From the human T2T-CHM13v2.0 reference genome, Homo sapiens: a stretch of 64,000 nt of DNA. The translations under genes were made by a program, and so were the position numbers. Shown one piece after another: positions 1-13,781 of this stretch (its first letter is position 1; the number at the start of each line of letters is the position of its first letter). The stretch lies in NCBI RefSeq assembly GCF_009914755.1, contig NC_060927.1. One strand, 5' to 3'. Under the pieces are notes generated by a model. That model had not been told where the DNA came from, did no database searches, and saw only the letters and a list, made by a program, of their open reading frames with translations.

Positions 1-384
1 GCTCTCATCCTATCTGATGATAGAAAAGTTACTTTGTTATGCCTCATTTTCCTCATTGGTAAAGTGGCAATAACAATAATTACCTCAGGGTTGTGTTATG
101 ATTACATAAGAAATTAATATAATAATGTACTTTGGACCCTGCTTATCACATAATAAACATTTAATAAATACTAGTTCTTAATCATTAGAAACAAATCATG
201 AGAATCTTTTACCATTTTCATCACCGACAATGTCTACAATTCAACGTTTACCTTTTGCCAACCTAACAGATGAAAATGGTATCTGTTTGTTGTTTTAACT
301 AATTTTGCATTGGGCTGCACATTTTATGGGTATTTGTTGAATGATTTCATTTTACATAGATTGCCTTTTATGATTTTTATGATT

Positions 385-730
385 TCTTCAACTTTCATTT
401 TAGGTTCAGGGTTACGTGTGTAGGTTTGTTATATAGGTAAACTTGTGTCACAGAGGTGTGATGTATAGATTATTTCATCATCCGGGTACTAAGCATAGTA
501 CTCGATAGTTAGTTATTTTTTCTGATTCTGTCTCTTCTCCCACCCTTCTCCCTCAAGTAGGCCCCAGTGTCTGTTGTTCCTCCCTTTCTGTCCATGTGTT
601 CTCATTATTTAGTTCCCACTTATAAGTGAGAACATGTGGTATTTGGTTTTCTCTTCCTGCATTAGTTTGCTTAAGATAATGGTCTCCGACTCCATCCTTG
701 TTCCTGCAAAGGACAAGATCTTGTTTCTTT

Positions 731-767
<37 letters not shown>

Positions 768-975
768 GCTACATAGTATCTCATGGTGTAAATGTACCAC
801 ATTTTCTTTATCCGGTCTTTTGCTGATGGGTATTTAGGTTGCTTCCATGTCTTTGCTATAGTGAATAGTGTTGCAATGAACACATGAGTGCATGTGTCTT
901 TATGGTAGACCAATTTATATTTCGTTGGGTATATACCAAGTAACAGGATTTCTGCGTTGAATGGTAGTTCTGTTC
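385..975 (-). mobile_element. L1 3' end fragment (old L1PA/L1PB-type) with an expanded internal T run
   Basis: Minus-strand translations match the L1 ORF2 C-terminus and 3'UTR ([34 protein letters not shown]); ~31-T run at 732-763. Confidence 0.9.
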
Positions 976-1631
976 TTTTACCATTTTTATTACATTTTCT
1001 TTTTTATTCTTAAGCTATTAGAATAGTAAATTAGATTTCTATGCTGCAAATATTATCCAGTTTTTTATTTATTCTATTATTAATAATTACATGCACTATT
1101 CTTTGATGGGCTCTGAGTTTTTACTTACAGTTTAAAACACCATCCCCATTTTACCATAAACATGTTTACCTGTGTGTCATCTTTAGTTTTGATATTTTAT
1201 ATTTACATTTTTGGTCAATGTGATTTTTATTTGCATGTAATAAATTTTGAAAAGCAGTATGAGGAAGTAATTTGATAATATCTAATGTATTTAAATTTTT
1301 GCATACCCTATGGCACATAGGAATGCACTGTATGACACAGCAATTCCATTTCTAGGAACATTACTTATTAAGCTCCATTTACGTACTATGAGACAAGTTT
1401 GATGATTTTTTAAAAACATTATTGAAAAATAGAAGAAATCTAAGTGTCCATATGCACAAAAGTGGTTTAATTATGGTGCAGCCATAAAATTAAATACTAT
1501 AAACCTGTGAAAATCAATGAATCAGAGTATTACTTACAGATACTATATTAAATGAAAAAGTAAGTTGAATGTAATGTGATGTTTATATGGTTTTAATCAT
1601 GAAAAATAAAAGTAAAAAATGTTTAGGAATA

Positions 1632-1936
1632 CAATAGCTCCTTCTTATCTGTGGAGGATACATTCTAAGACCCCCAGTGTATGCCTAAAATCATGTATAG
1701 TACTGAATCCTGTACATACTATATATTTTTCCTATACAAACAACTATATGGTAAAGTTTAATGTACAAATTAGGCACAGTAAGAGATTAACAAACATAAT
1801 AAAATAGAACAATTATAAAATGTATTGTAATAAAACTTAGATGAATGTAGCCTCTCTCTCTCTCAAAATGTCTTATTGTACTGTACCTTGGGTAACTGAA
1901 ACTGTGAAGGCAAACCAGAGATAAGGGGGAATACTG
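1632..1936. mobile_element. MER44/Tigger-type DNA transposon remnant (TcMar-Tigger)
   Basis: Degenerate terminal inverted repeats caatagctccttcttatc ... gataagggggaatactg, with TA on both sides (1630-31, 1937-38). Confidence 0.75.
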
Positions 1937-2640
1937 TACATACTTATATTGTGGAATTATAAAAGGATTCATGAGAATGTTAAACATCAGCATTAAGATA
2001 ATGCTTACTTCTCAGAAGCCATGGGAGAATGTGATTTGGGAGGGGCACGGAAAGCTTCCACCAAGGTTATGATGATTTAGGCCAGAAGATGGGTACATGA
2101 ATGCTCACTATTATTCTATGTACTCTTTGGGGCTTTTTGCATTTGCTCCAAGAGTGAGATAGGAATGCACTGCTCTTTTGCAAATGATTAGCCAATTTTA
2201 TTCTCAAATAATATTTACTAAATAATCCCTCCTACTAATTTGCATCAAATCCTTGAATGTACATTAAATTCTCCATGTGTATTTGAGTCTATTTCTGAAT
2301 TTTCTACTCTATTGATCTCTTTGTTCTATTCTAGCATCAAATTCTATTACTCTTGTAGCTTCTCACTCCCATTTAATATTTATAATTTTTTTCCAGAATT
2401 TCTTGGATGTTTTGAAGTGATGATTTTATCAGATAAATTTTAACACTTTGTCATTTCAAAACCTTTCTGTTACATCTGAATATACAGATTAATTTGTAGA
2501 AAATTTTGCATTCCTACTCAAATAGCTTTGCATTTATTTTTCTTCTTTTATGTTCTTCTATAATATTTTGAAGCTTACTTTCTATCTTTCTATAGATACA
2601 ATACATTTCTTGCTATATTTATGTTCAGAAAATGTACCAT

Positions 2641-2936
2641 TTTATTTATTATTTGAGACAAAGTCTAACTCTGTTGCCCAGGCTAGAATGCAGTGGTTCA
2701 ATCTCAGCTCACTGAAGACTCTGCCTCCCAGGTTCAAGCAATTCTCTTGCCTCAGCCTCCTGATTAGCTGAGATTACAGGCATGCACCACCACGACTAGC
2801 TAATTTTTTTGTACATTTAGTAGAGATGAGGTTTCACCATGTTGGCCAGGCTGATCTTGAACTCCTGACCTCAGGTGATCTTCCTGCTCAGGCTCCCAAG
2901 GTGCTGGGATTACAGGCGTGAATCACTGAGTCTGGC
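2641..2936 (-). mobile_element. Alu (AluS-type)
   Basis: Antisense dimeric Alu with a T-rich tail. Confidence 0.95.
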
Positions 2937-3260
2937 AAAGGTATCTTTTTTAAAGTTATTGTAAATCAGATTTTTTTTCTTTCTTATAATTTCTACCTGG
3001 CCATTATTTTAGGAAAGTTTTTCATTTTGTTATATTAAATCTATATAAGCCATTTTATATGTTTCTCATTGTTCTAATAGTATTATAGTTGATTTATTTG
3101 CATTTTCCAGTTATATAATAATTTCATATGCAAGTTGATTATTTTGCATCTCACTTTTTGTTTTAGTACCTCTTGTTCCCATCTTGTGTATAAGTATCTA
3201 GCTACCATTTCCAGAGCAGGAATCCTTGTCTTGTTCCTGACATTAGTTAGAATGGATGCA

Positions 3261-3552
3261 TTTTTTTTTTTTTTTTTAGACGGAGTCTCGCTCTGTCGCT
3301 CAGGCTGGAATGCAGTGGCGCAATCTCGGCTCATTGCAAGCTCCGCCTCCCAGTTCACGCCATTCTCCTGCCTCAGCCTCCCGAGTAGCTGGGACTACAG
3401 GCGACCGCCACCACACCCGACTAATTTTTTGTATTTTTAGTAGAGGGAGTTTCACCATATCAGCCAGGATGGTCTCGATCTCCTGACCTAGTGATCTGCC
3501 GCCTGGGCCTCCCGAAGTGCTGGGATTACAGGCGTGAGCCACTACACCCGGC
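3261..3552 (-). mobile_element. AluY
   Basis: Diagnostic gcaagctccgcctcc and ttcacgccattctcc; CpG-rich; poly-T tail; tgcatt on both flanks. Confidence 0.93.
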
Positions 3553-3789
3553 TGCATTGTTTTTACAATGAGAAAAAAATAAACATATAAAAGATGAGAA
3601 GTTGACATTTTGTATTTTGGATAATTTGTTGGTATTTAATTATTTTTTATTTGTTGGCATTTTACATTTTTTTCTCAGTAATAAAAGATATTTATTTGTT
3701 CCTAATAATGCTCTATTTTGGAACATTTAGAGAAGGCATTATTTTTCAATTTGAGAGAAGTTGGATCACATTTGTGGGCTCCAGTGAAG

Positions 3790-3885
3790 GGCCCATGGAG
3801 GTTGGTGGATTGCTTGAGCCCACAAATTCAAGATCAGCCTGGGCAAAATGGCAAGACCCCATCTCTATAAAAAATTAATAAAATA
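3790..3885 (+). mobile_element. Alu monomer fragment (FLAM-like)
   Basis: ggattgcttgagcccac...agcctgggcaaaatggcaagaccccatctcta followed by an A-rich tail. Confidence 0.7.
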
Positions 3886-5924
3886 GATAATTTAAAAAAA
3901 AGAAATAATGGATGGAATAATATCCTAGGCTTAGGAAGGGTTTATTCAAAGACCTCAGGTTACTTGGAAAAGAGAGAAGGCATTCTAGAGAAGGGAAGGA
4001 AAGTGAATGCAGACATTAATAAGATTTCATGGATAGGGATGGGAAGCAAATGGAATTTGTACTGGACAAATATTCTTCCATGAGAATCAATTTCCTGTGC
4101 TGAGTAGGAGGCAAGGTCACTTACTGAGAAACAAAAGATTGGATGGGCTAGGAACCTTGATGAAAAGCCTGAAAACTTGAAAGGCACTTTTAAGATGAGA
4201 AGGGTCAAGGCCAGGGGATTGTAAATAAATTGCCACTTGATTACAGGGAAGACTTTTTAATGGCCACTGTCTATATGCTTATGATATTTTGTTTAGTACA
4301 ACTTAAAATTTGGGATAGTGGAGAGGGTGATTGGATTCATCTAGAATGGGACCATTTGAGTACATGTCAGAAGAGAGAGAAAGGAAGAAAGAGTGAGGAA
4401 GGACAGGATGCCAATGGCAATACCTTAGTTAAAAACATATATTGTGACATATATGCTGGGTAGAAAATAAGATTACTTAGGCCCAGTTCCACTTAGTCTC
4501 TACTACAGAAAAGATGACACAACTATAATATAATGCAGGATGTGATAAATGCCATAAAAGGTAAATACATGACGTTTTGAGAATACAATTTAGCAAGAAT
4601 TAAAGCTTTGCTTATGGGATAAGAGCAGGGCAGAGATCATGGATAGAAGTTAAAGGGATCTTTAAAATGTAGATAAATGTAGCTGGACCTGGGACCTCTC
4701 TTAATTTGAAGTTGGCTACAAATAATCATTCCTTTGACAAATATTTAATGAGCATGTACTATGCCAGATAGTTTTCTATGTACCTGGGGAGAATATAATG
4801 ACAAAAATAGCCCCTTTCCATGGTGTTTACATTATTCTACTAAGAGAAAAACCAACATAACGTGATAAAAACCTAACAATATGGTATATTAGAAGATGTG
4901 AAGAGCTAAAAAGAAAAAATGGATAAAGAGGAAAGGGGGATGTTGGTGCTGGTAATGGATGGTGTGGATGCATCACTCAATTGATCATGTTCAATAGACA
5001 CAGCACACTCCTCAAACATGTTGATTCCCATGTCAATGCAGATGCCTTATCTTGCTCACAGCACTGACCTGAAATACAGAGATGTTTAATTTGTTGTAGA
5101 GAATACCACAAGATACTGTATAAGTTATAGAAACTATTTTGAAAGGTAATCAATGTCCTTTGAATGACTATAACCTACTAAAATGGGGAACCCCTAAGCT
5201 CAGTTGTGCAACTGTTTTAACTCAGAGCTATAGACTATTAAAGATGGAAGGGATGTTGCCCATGACCTGATTCAACCTTCTCATCTTAGAATGACTTGTG
5301 GGATTAAGTGGCTTGCTCAAGGGTATGGAGATAGTTGGTGGCAGACCTGATGTTCAAGTCCAGATTGGCTGCCTCCAAGGCCCCTGCTGCTTCCATTAAA
5401 CCAACTTTTCACTTTACCTTAAGCAGAGAGGCAGAGGCAGAGAGGCCTCAGAGAGAGGAAGCGTGACCTGAAAGAAATAGTACCGGACCAAGAATCATGA
5501 AAGAGCATTTAACAAGGTGTCAATTTGTGTCAGGCACAATTTGAGAATTCCCACTTTCATTGTCTTATTTCATCTTCTTAACAACAATTTAAGGAATATT
5601 TTATGATTCTATATGTCCTTCTGATTTTTTAAAGAATGAAAATATTACATATTTTAATTGAAGACCCCTAAGTACCACTCCTTAATTCCATATTTCTTCT
5701 TTTCCAGAAAAAAGTATCATCTTGAAACCTGATACTTCTTTAGGCCTTGCATGATTTTATATTATTACACTTAATAAGTATACATTCAAACAACAAATAG
5801 CATATTTTCAATTTTTCTAATACTAATTTTACTCTAGTGTAGATTTCTGCAGTTTTTCACTTACATTTTGAGATTTATTCAAATCCATACATGAATCTAT
5901 ACATTCTATTATTTTTTCCCCTTT

Positions 5925-6660
5925 AAATATTTTTTATAGCAGTTTTAACTTCACAGCCAAATTGAGCAGAAACTAGAGAGGGTTCTCATAAGCCCTTTCA
6001 TCAGAATCCTGCACCAGAGTGGTACATTTTTTACAATTGATGAACCAGTGTTAATACATTATTATTAACTAAAGTCTGTAGTTTATATTAGATTCATTCT
6101 TTGTGATCTGCAGTTCTGTGGTTTTGACAAGTGCATAATGTTATGCATCCACCATTACAGTATCATAAAGAATAGTTTCAGTGACATAAACATCCCTTAT
6201 GCTGGGCCTGTGTATCTCTTCCTCTTGCCCTTCAAATCCCCGGCAACCATTGATCCTTTTCCAGCCTCTATTGTTTTGTCTTTTCCAGAATTTCATATAG
6301 TGGAAATACCATAGTATGTAGGTTTTTACAACTGGCTTCTTTCACTTAGTAACATGCATTTAAGGTTTTCCATGTCTTTTCACAGCTTGATAGCTCATTT
6401 CTTTTTGGTGCTGCATAATATTTCATTTTCTGAATGCACACAGTATATCCATTCACCTCCTGAAGGATATCTTGGTTGTTTACAAGTTTTGGCAATTATA
6501 AGTAAAGCTGTTATAAATATTCATATACAGTTGTTTGTATCAACACAAGTTCAAATCATTTGGGTAAATACCAGTGAGCATGATTTCTGGATTTTTATGG
6601 TAGGAGTATATTTGGTTTTGTAAGAAACTGCCAAACTGTCTTCAAAATTGATTTACCATA
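5925..6660 (-). mobile_element. Old L1 (L1MB-like) 3' region
   Basis: Antisense L1M 3'UTR motifs (ttcacagccaaattgagcagaa, ggcttctttcacttagtaacatgc, aagaaactgccaaactgt). Confidence 0.75.
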
Positions 6661-7929
6661 TTTAATTCATGTTCACCATGGCTTAGAAATCTATTATGTA
6701 AATATTTCAAAATTTATTTATCTGTTCTTTCACTGATGGACAGTTAGGTGGTCTCAAGTCTGATTGGTATTGGTTAATATATCTTCTTTAGTAAATTATG
6801 AATTTTTCTAAGTTATGGCTATAGATGTGGAATTTATAGGTTATTAATGCACATTTTCAACTTTATTACATGTTCTCAGAGTGATCTCCAAAGATACTGT
6901 GTCAATTTACTCTTCTTCTGCCAATATATCAGAGTTTTATATTTTATAAATTATGATCCTGCACTTGGTATTTTCAGGCCTGATTTTTTAATTCAATTAA
7001 AGATTTGTGAACTGGGAATTCAGTGTTCTTTCACCTTGTATGCATCTGATTATGGCGGGTTGAGCATATTCGTGTGTGTATTTGTCATTTTGTCTATATT
7101 AAAACCGAGACTGCTTATATTTTTCTAATTGATCTGTAGGAATTTATATATTCTGGATAATAACAGTAATAGCTAACCCTTATTGAGCTTTGTCCCTGGT
7201 ACTTTCTGAGCATTTGAGATATATGAGTGCGATAAATTGTCTCAACCTTTTAAGGTAGGTAATAACTCCATTTTACAGATAAGAAAACTGAAGTACTAAA
7301 AAAGTAAGCTACTTGCTCAAGCTCAGTTTTAAGTAATGCACAATTTCTAACCAGCTCAGCTGGCTCCAAAAGGGTTTATACTAGAATAAACATTTGTCTT
7401 TTATGTGAATAGCCACAATCAGTGACTTTCCATTTCAGTTGCTTTATGGTGTTTCATATTATTCAAAAAAATAATTTGAGATTAATTGTATTATTTTATT
7501 TCTTTATGATTACTTACTGTGTTTTGTTAAAATATTCCTACGGGACGTCAAGCTTATAAAGATATTGTCCTACATTCCCTTCTGAAAGTTTTAAACTTTT
7601 AAATTATGGAATTTATTCTCTCTGTAATTTAATTCCTTGTACTGCGTGAAGTAGTTATTTTACTTTTGTTCGATGTGGATAGAATTATGTAAGCACAATA
7701 TACTGAAGAGTATATACTTTATCCATAATTTATAAAGTCAATTCTCATCTATCTAGTTATGATAGGTCTTAGTTTGAATTTTCTGTTCTATTCTACCAAT
7801 CAATTTATTTTTGTGCTTTCATTATTCTGGATTTTTGTTATACTTTGCAAAACTTTGCAAAAAGGTTTTATAGCTGGGATGTTTCCCCCTGCCTTATCCT
7901 TCTTCAAATACATCTTAGTTCCTATTCTC

Positions 7930-8610
7930 TTAATTGACACATAATAATTGAATAATACATATTTATGGGGTACAATATGTTGTTTTGATCCATGCATACA
8001 TTGTGTAATGATCAAGTCATGGTAATTAGCATACCCATCACCTTATTTTTTTGTTCTGAGGACATTGAAAATCCTCTCCTCTAGCTATTTGAAACATACA
8101 ATGCATTATTGTTGGCTGTAGTCATCTTCCTGTGCCACAGAGTACTAGAACTTATTCCCCCTAACCAGTTATCTAATATTGTACCCGTTGAGCAACCTCT
8201 AACAATGTTCCCCTCCTCTCTACCCTTCTCAGGCTGTGGTAATCACAGTTTTACTCTCAACCTTTGTAAGATCAACTTATTTGTTTATTGATTGATTGAG
8301 TCAGAGTCTCGCTCTGTTGCCCAGGCTGGAGTGCAGTAGTGCAATCTCGGCTCACTGCAACCTCCACCTCCTGGGTTCAAGCAATTCTCCTGCCTTGGCC
8401 TCCTGAGTAGCTGGGACTACAGGTGCCCATCATGATGCCTGGCTAATTTTGTATTTTTAGTAGAGATGGAGTTTCGCCATGCTGGTCTTGAACTCCTGAC
8501 CTCAGGTGATCCACCCACCTCGGCATCCTAAAGTGCTGGGATTACAGGCATGAGCCACCATGCCTGGCCGAGATTTTAGATTGCACACATGAGTGAGATC
8601 ATGTAATATC
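7930..8610 (-). mobile_element. L1MA-type 3' end interrupted by an Alu
   Basis: atttatggggtacaat...agaacttattccccctaacc; resumes after the Alu with cacatgagtgagatcatg. Confidence 0.7.
8277..8569 (-). mobile_element. Alu (AluS-type)
   Basis: Antisense full Alu body. Confidence 0.93.
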
Positions 8611-8932
8611 TTAGTTATTCTTGAGGCTTTTCTTCTCTGTGAATTTTAGGTTGAGTTTATTAAGTTTCATGAAAACCCCTGTGTAATTTTGAATGGAATT
8701 ATATTGAGATTATATATTATTTAACATTTAGAAATTTTATGTTTTTATCACATTATATCTTCCCATCTACAAAATAGTATATTTATTATTTTATTCGAGT
8801 TTGCTGTAATGACATTTTGTAACTATCTCTGAATGATTTTTCATACATAGAAATATATTCAAACATATCTGATTTTATTCATCTTTTTTTGTTTTCAGAA
8901 AGTTATGTTCTTTATTTCTATTCACTATGCAG

Positions 8933-9290
8933 CAGTGGTCCCCAACCTTTTTGGCACCAGGGACTGGTTTTTTAGGAGTCAATTTTTCCATGGTGGGGGG
9001 ATGGGGCATTGTGGGGGGTGGGGATGGTTTCAGGATGAAACTGTTCCACCTTAGATCATCAGGCATTAGATTCTCATAAGCAGCATGCCACCTAGATCCT
9101 TTGCACGCACAGTTCACAATAGAGTTTGCACTCCTATGATAATCTAATCTAATCTAATGCCCTGCTGATCTGAGAGGCAGAGCCAGGTGGTAATGCGCTC
9201 TCATCAGCTGCTCACCTCCTGCTGTGCTGCCTGGTACCTAACAGGCCATGGACAGGTACCAGTCCATGCTCCCAGGGTTGGGGATGCCTC
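8933..9290 (+). mobile_element. MER1 (MER1B-like) hAT-Charlie DNA transposon
   Basis: TIRs cagtggtccccaac ... gttggggatgcctc; internal gatgaaactgttccaccttagatcatcaggcattagattctcataag. Confidence 0.85.
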
Positions 9291-9597
9291 ATTTATACGA
9301 TGTGTCTTTTTCATTATTGTATTTTAAACTCTTCTCTTAGATCTCTTACAGATGTTTCTCCAGGAAGTAGCATATACCTTGACTTAGTACTACTCTGGCC
9401 CATTGGTTTATTGTTTCTATCATTTTTTATAATATGAAAACCCCTAATTTTTATTTATTTGGTGATTTTAATCCATTTGTATGAATTATAACCACAGATA
9501 TATTTGGACTTACACCATCAGTAACAGATATTTTTTTGTTTAATTCTCCAGCTTCTTTTAAGTTGATTTTTGTAAAATTTTTCTCTAATGATGTGGA

Positions 9598-9619
9598 GTG
9601 TGTGTGTGTGTGTGTGTGT
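9598..9619. repeat. (TG)n microsatellite
   Basis: Direct read. Confidence 0.95.
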
Positions 9620-9801
9620 CTTTAGTTGTTAACCTTAAATTTAAAAAAGCATCAAATGTGTAAGTAAGTATACTTTCTCCTAACAAGAATAAAGCATTAG
9701 TTCTATCCTAGAACATGAAAGGAAAGGTGGGGTTGATGTATAACCCTATCCTCGTGTTTTTAAGCTATAGCATTTTAATTTACATTTCTTTTATGCTTAA
9801 G

Positions 9802-9946
9802 GTCCAAGTGTTCTTTAGTTGGCACATGATGAATCCTGCCATGACTGGTTCCTTCCTTTCAAGGCAGCAGCTTCCCTTCTGGCCTAGGGTGTGTCTAGAA
9901 ATGTCATCCAGGAGCTAGGGACTGGGATGGGGGATCTCATGACTCT
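9802..9946 (-). mobile_element. Isolated L1 5'UTR fragment, antisense, flanked by a direct repeat
   Basis: Reverse complement aligns to 11681-11805 of the neighbouring L1; ttatgcttaag at 9791-9801 and 9976-9986. Confidence 0.85.
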
Positions 9947-10014
9947 CAGGAAGAGCCAAGAGGTTATGACTTTCCTTATGCTTAAGATAAATGTAAATTA
10001 AAATGCTACAGCAC

Positions 10015-10905
10015 GATTAGTTTCTTGATGGTCAACAATGTAGAGCACCTTTTCATTTGTCTATTGGCCATTTATGTATCTGCTTTGGAGAAATGTTTAT
10101 TCAAATCTTTTGACATTTTTAAATTGTCTTTTTATTATTGAGTTGTAATATTCTTATATATTCTAGATACAAGTCTCATCACATATATAATTTACAACTA
10201 TTTTCACCATTCTATGATTTATCTTTTTACTTTTTGATGTATCATTTGAAACACAAATATTTTTAATTTTGATGAAGTCCAGTTTACCTATTTTTTAAAA
10301 TTGTTGCTTGGCTTTATTCTGTTATATAAAAGCGTATGCCTAACTGTCATGAAGGTTTTCTCCTGAGAGCTTTAGAGTTTTGGATTTACATTTAGATCAA
10401 TGATCATGAGTTAATTTTTTTTGTATGATGTGGAGTGGGAGTTCAGTGTTTTGAATGTGAATAAAGTTTCCCAGCACTATTTGTTGAAAAGATTCTTCTT
10501 TCCCCATTGAATTATCATGGCGATCTTTCTGAAAATCAATTTAATGTAAAACTAAAGTTTGTCTCTGGGCTCTCACTACTATACCATTCATCTATATGTC
10601 TATCCTTATGCCAGCACTATGCTTTCTTAATTGCTACAGGTTTGTAATATGTTTTAATATCAGAAAGTATGAGTCTTCCAACTTTGTTCTTTTTTCAACA
10701 TTATTTTGGCTATTTTGGATCTCTTAAATTTCAAAATGAATTTAGAATCAGCTTGCCTATTCCTGCAAAGAAGCCTGCTGGGATTTGCATTGAATGTGTA
10801 TGTTAATTTGGGGGTATATTACCACCTGAACAATATTAAGTCATCTGATACATGACCATGGAATATCTTTCCATTTATTTAGTCCACTTTAAATTATTTC
10901 AACAG
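10015..10905 (-). mobile_element. Old L1 (L1MB-like) ORF2 fragment
   Basis: Antisense L1 motifs (gagcaccttttcat, cccagcactatttgttgaaaaga, tttagaatcagcttg). Confidence 0.8.
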
Positions 10906-13483
10906 ATGGGGGAGGCTGAGCAAGATGGCCAAATAGAAGCCTCTATTGATCATCCCCCCTGCAGGAACACCAAATTTAACAACTATCTGCATAAAAAAGC
11001 ACTTTCATAAGAACCAAAACTCAGGTGAGCAATCACAGTACCTGGTATTAACTTATTCATATCACTGAAAGAAGCACTGAAGAGGATAGAAAAAACAATT
11101 TTGAATCACTAATGCCACCCCTCTTCCATCCGCACTACTATGACTGTGTGGCATGGAGAATCTGTGTATTTGAGGAAGGGAAGTCTCAGTGCCTGTGAGA
11201 CAGTGCATTGAACTCCTTGCTGCCCTGTCACAGCGGAAAGCAAACCCAGCCTGAACTCAGTGGATGCCCACTCATGGAGAGAGCATTTAGACCAGCCCCA
11301 GCCAGAGTAGAACTGCCAATCCCAGCAGTCAGCAATTGAGCTCCAGCAAGCCTCACCACCATGGGCTAAAGTGCTCTGGGTTTCTAAACAAACTTGGAAG
11401 GCAGTGTAGGTTACACGGACTACAGTTCTAAGGTAAGTCCTAGCACTGTCCTGGGCATGAAGACAGTGGATGTTGGGGTCACATATCCTAATGAGACACC
11501 AGTTGGGGCAGCTAAGAGAGTGCTTGCACCACCCCTCCTCCAACACCAGGCAGCAGAGTTCGCAGCAACAAAACCGACTTCTTCCTTCTTGAGGAGAGAA
11601 GTGGGAAGAGTAAAGAGCACTTTGTTTTGCATCTTGAATACCAGCTCAGTCACAGTCTAATAGAGCACTGGGAAGAGCCTTGAAGTTCCCCATCCCAGCC
11701 CCTAGCTCCTGAATGACATTTCTAGACACACTCTGGGCCTAAAGGGAAGGAAGCAGTCATGGCAGGATTCATCATTTGCCGACTAAAGAAAGAGCACTTG
11801 AACCCTGAATAACGAGCACTGATACCCAGGTAATACATACCCTAGGCTATGGGTGAGACAGACATGCTGGCTTCAGGTCTGACTCAGCACATTCCTAGCT
11901 GTGTTGTCTATAGGGAAAGACTCCTTCTAATTGAGAAAGGCAGAGTATAAAGTAAAGGAGACTTTGTCTTGTACCTTAGGTACCAGCTCAGCCACAGCGG
12001 GGTAGAGCACCAAGCTCTTGGTGTGCCCAGTTCCAGGCCTTGATTCTTGGATGGCCTTTCTGGACCTGCCCTGGGCCACAGGGGAGCACACTTTCCTGAA
12101 GGGTAAGTGTCAGGCCTAGCAGTATATACCACAAGCTGACTGAAAAGATTTGGGGTCTTAAGTGAACATCAGTGGTAGCCTGATAGTACTCACTGTGGGC
12201 CTGTGGTAGTGGTAGCCACAGGGAGAGACTCCTTGGTTTGTGGGAAGGGCAGGAAAGAGTGGCCTTAGCCATGGTAGTACGGAGCACCAGGTAGATTTCT
12301 AAGGTTTTTGACTCCAGTTTCTGGCTCCCAGATAGCATCTCTGGATGCAGGAGGGCCTGGGAGAACTCACTGCCCTGAAGGGAAGAACATAAGTCTGGCT
12401 GGCTTTGCCACCTGCTGACTGCAGAGCCCTAGGCACTTAGCAAACATAAGTGGCTGGTACGTAGTGGTTACAGCAGGCCTTGAGCAATAACTAAGTACTG
12501 TGCTGGCTTCAGGTCTGACTCAGTGCAGTCCTAGTGACGGTGGCCACAGTGGGGGCTTGTGTCACCTGAATCAGGACAGAGAGACAGACATCATCTATGT
12601 GGAAAAGTAAGAGTCTCTGCCTGGTAATGCAGATAATTCTTCTAGATCTTATCTAAAACCACCAATGCAGTATCTCTACAAGTCTGCAAGAACCACAGTG
12701 TTACTGGGCTGGGTGTGCCCTCTAATGCAGTTTGGCTTAGCTTACAACACCTAAGTCACTTCAAGTGCATAGAAAGCCTTTTGAAGAAAGATGGCTACAA
12801 ACAAGCCCAGACTGTGAAGACTATGATAAATACCCAACTGTTCAATGCCTGGACACTGACAAACATCAATAACCATCAACATCATCCAGAAAATGAACAC
12901 CTCACCAAATAAACTAAATAAGGCACCAGGAAAAAATCCTGGAGAAACAAAGATATGTAACCTTTCAGACAGAGAATTCAAAATAGCTGTTTTGAAGAAA
13001 CTTGAAGAAAGAAATTCAAGATAACACAGAGAAGAAATTCAGAATTCTATAAGATAAATTTAACAAAGGGATTGAAAATTTAAAAAAGCAGCACAAATTC
13101 TGCAATAGAAAAATGTATTTGACATACTGAGTAAAGCATCAGAGTCTCTCAATAGCAGAATGGATAAAGCAGAATTAGAATGGATAAAGCAGAATTAGCT
13201 TGAATAGAGGCTATTTGAAAATACACAGAGGAGACAAAAAGAAAAAATAATAAAAAACAATGAAGCATGACTACAGGATCTAGAAAATAGCCTCAAAAGA
13301 GCAAATCTAAGAGTTATTGGCCTTAAAGAGGAGGTAGAAGAAGAGATAAAAGTAGAAAGTTCACTTGAAGGGATAAAAATAGATAACTTTCCAAACCTAG
13401 AGAAAGTACAAGAAGGTTATAGAACACCAAGCAGATTTAACACAAAGAAGACTACCCTGAGGCATTTAATAATCAAACTTGCA

Positions 13484-13781
<298 letters not shown>

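Noticed and set aside
11109-11660. 145-aa antisense ORF and overlapping ORFs in the L1 5'UTR (ORF0-like?)
   Set aside because: Non-ATG or weak starts in an old GC-richer UTR; no similarity to ORF0 that I can recognise.
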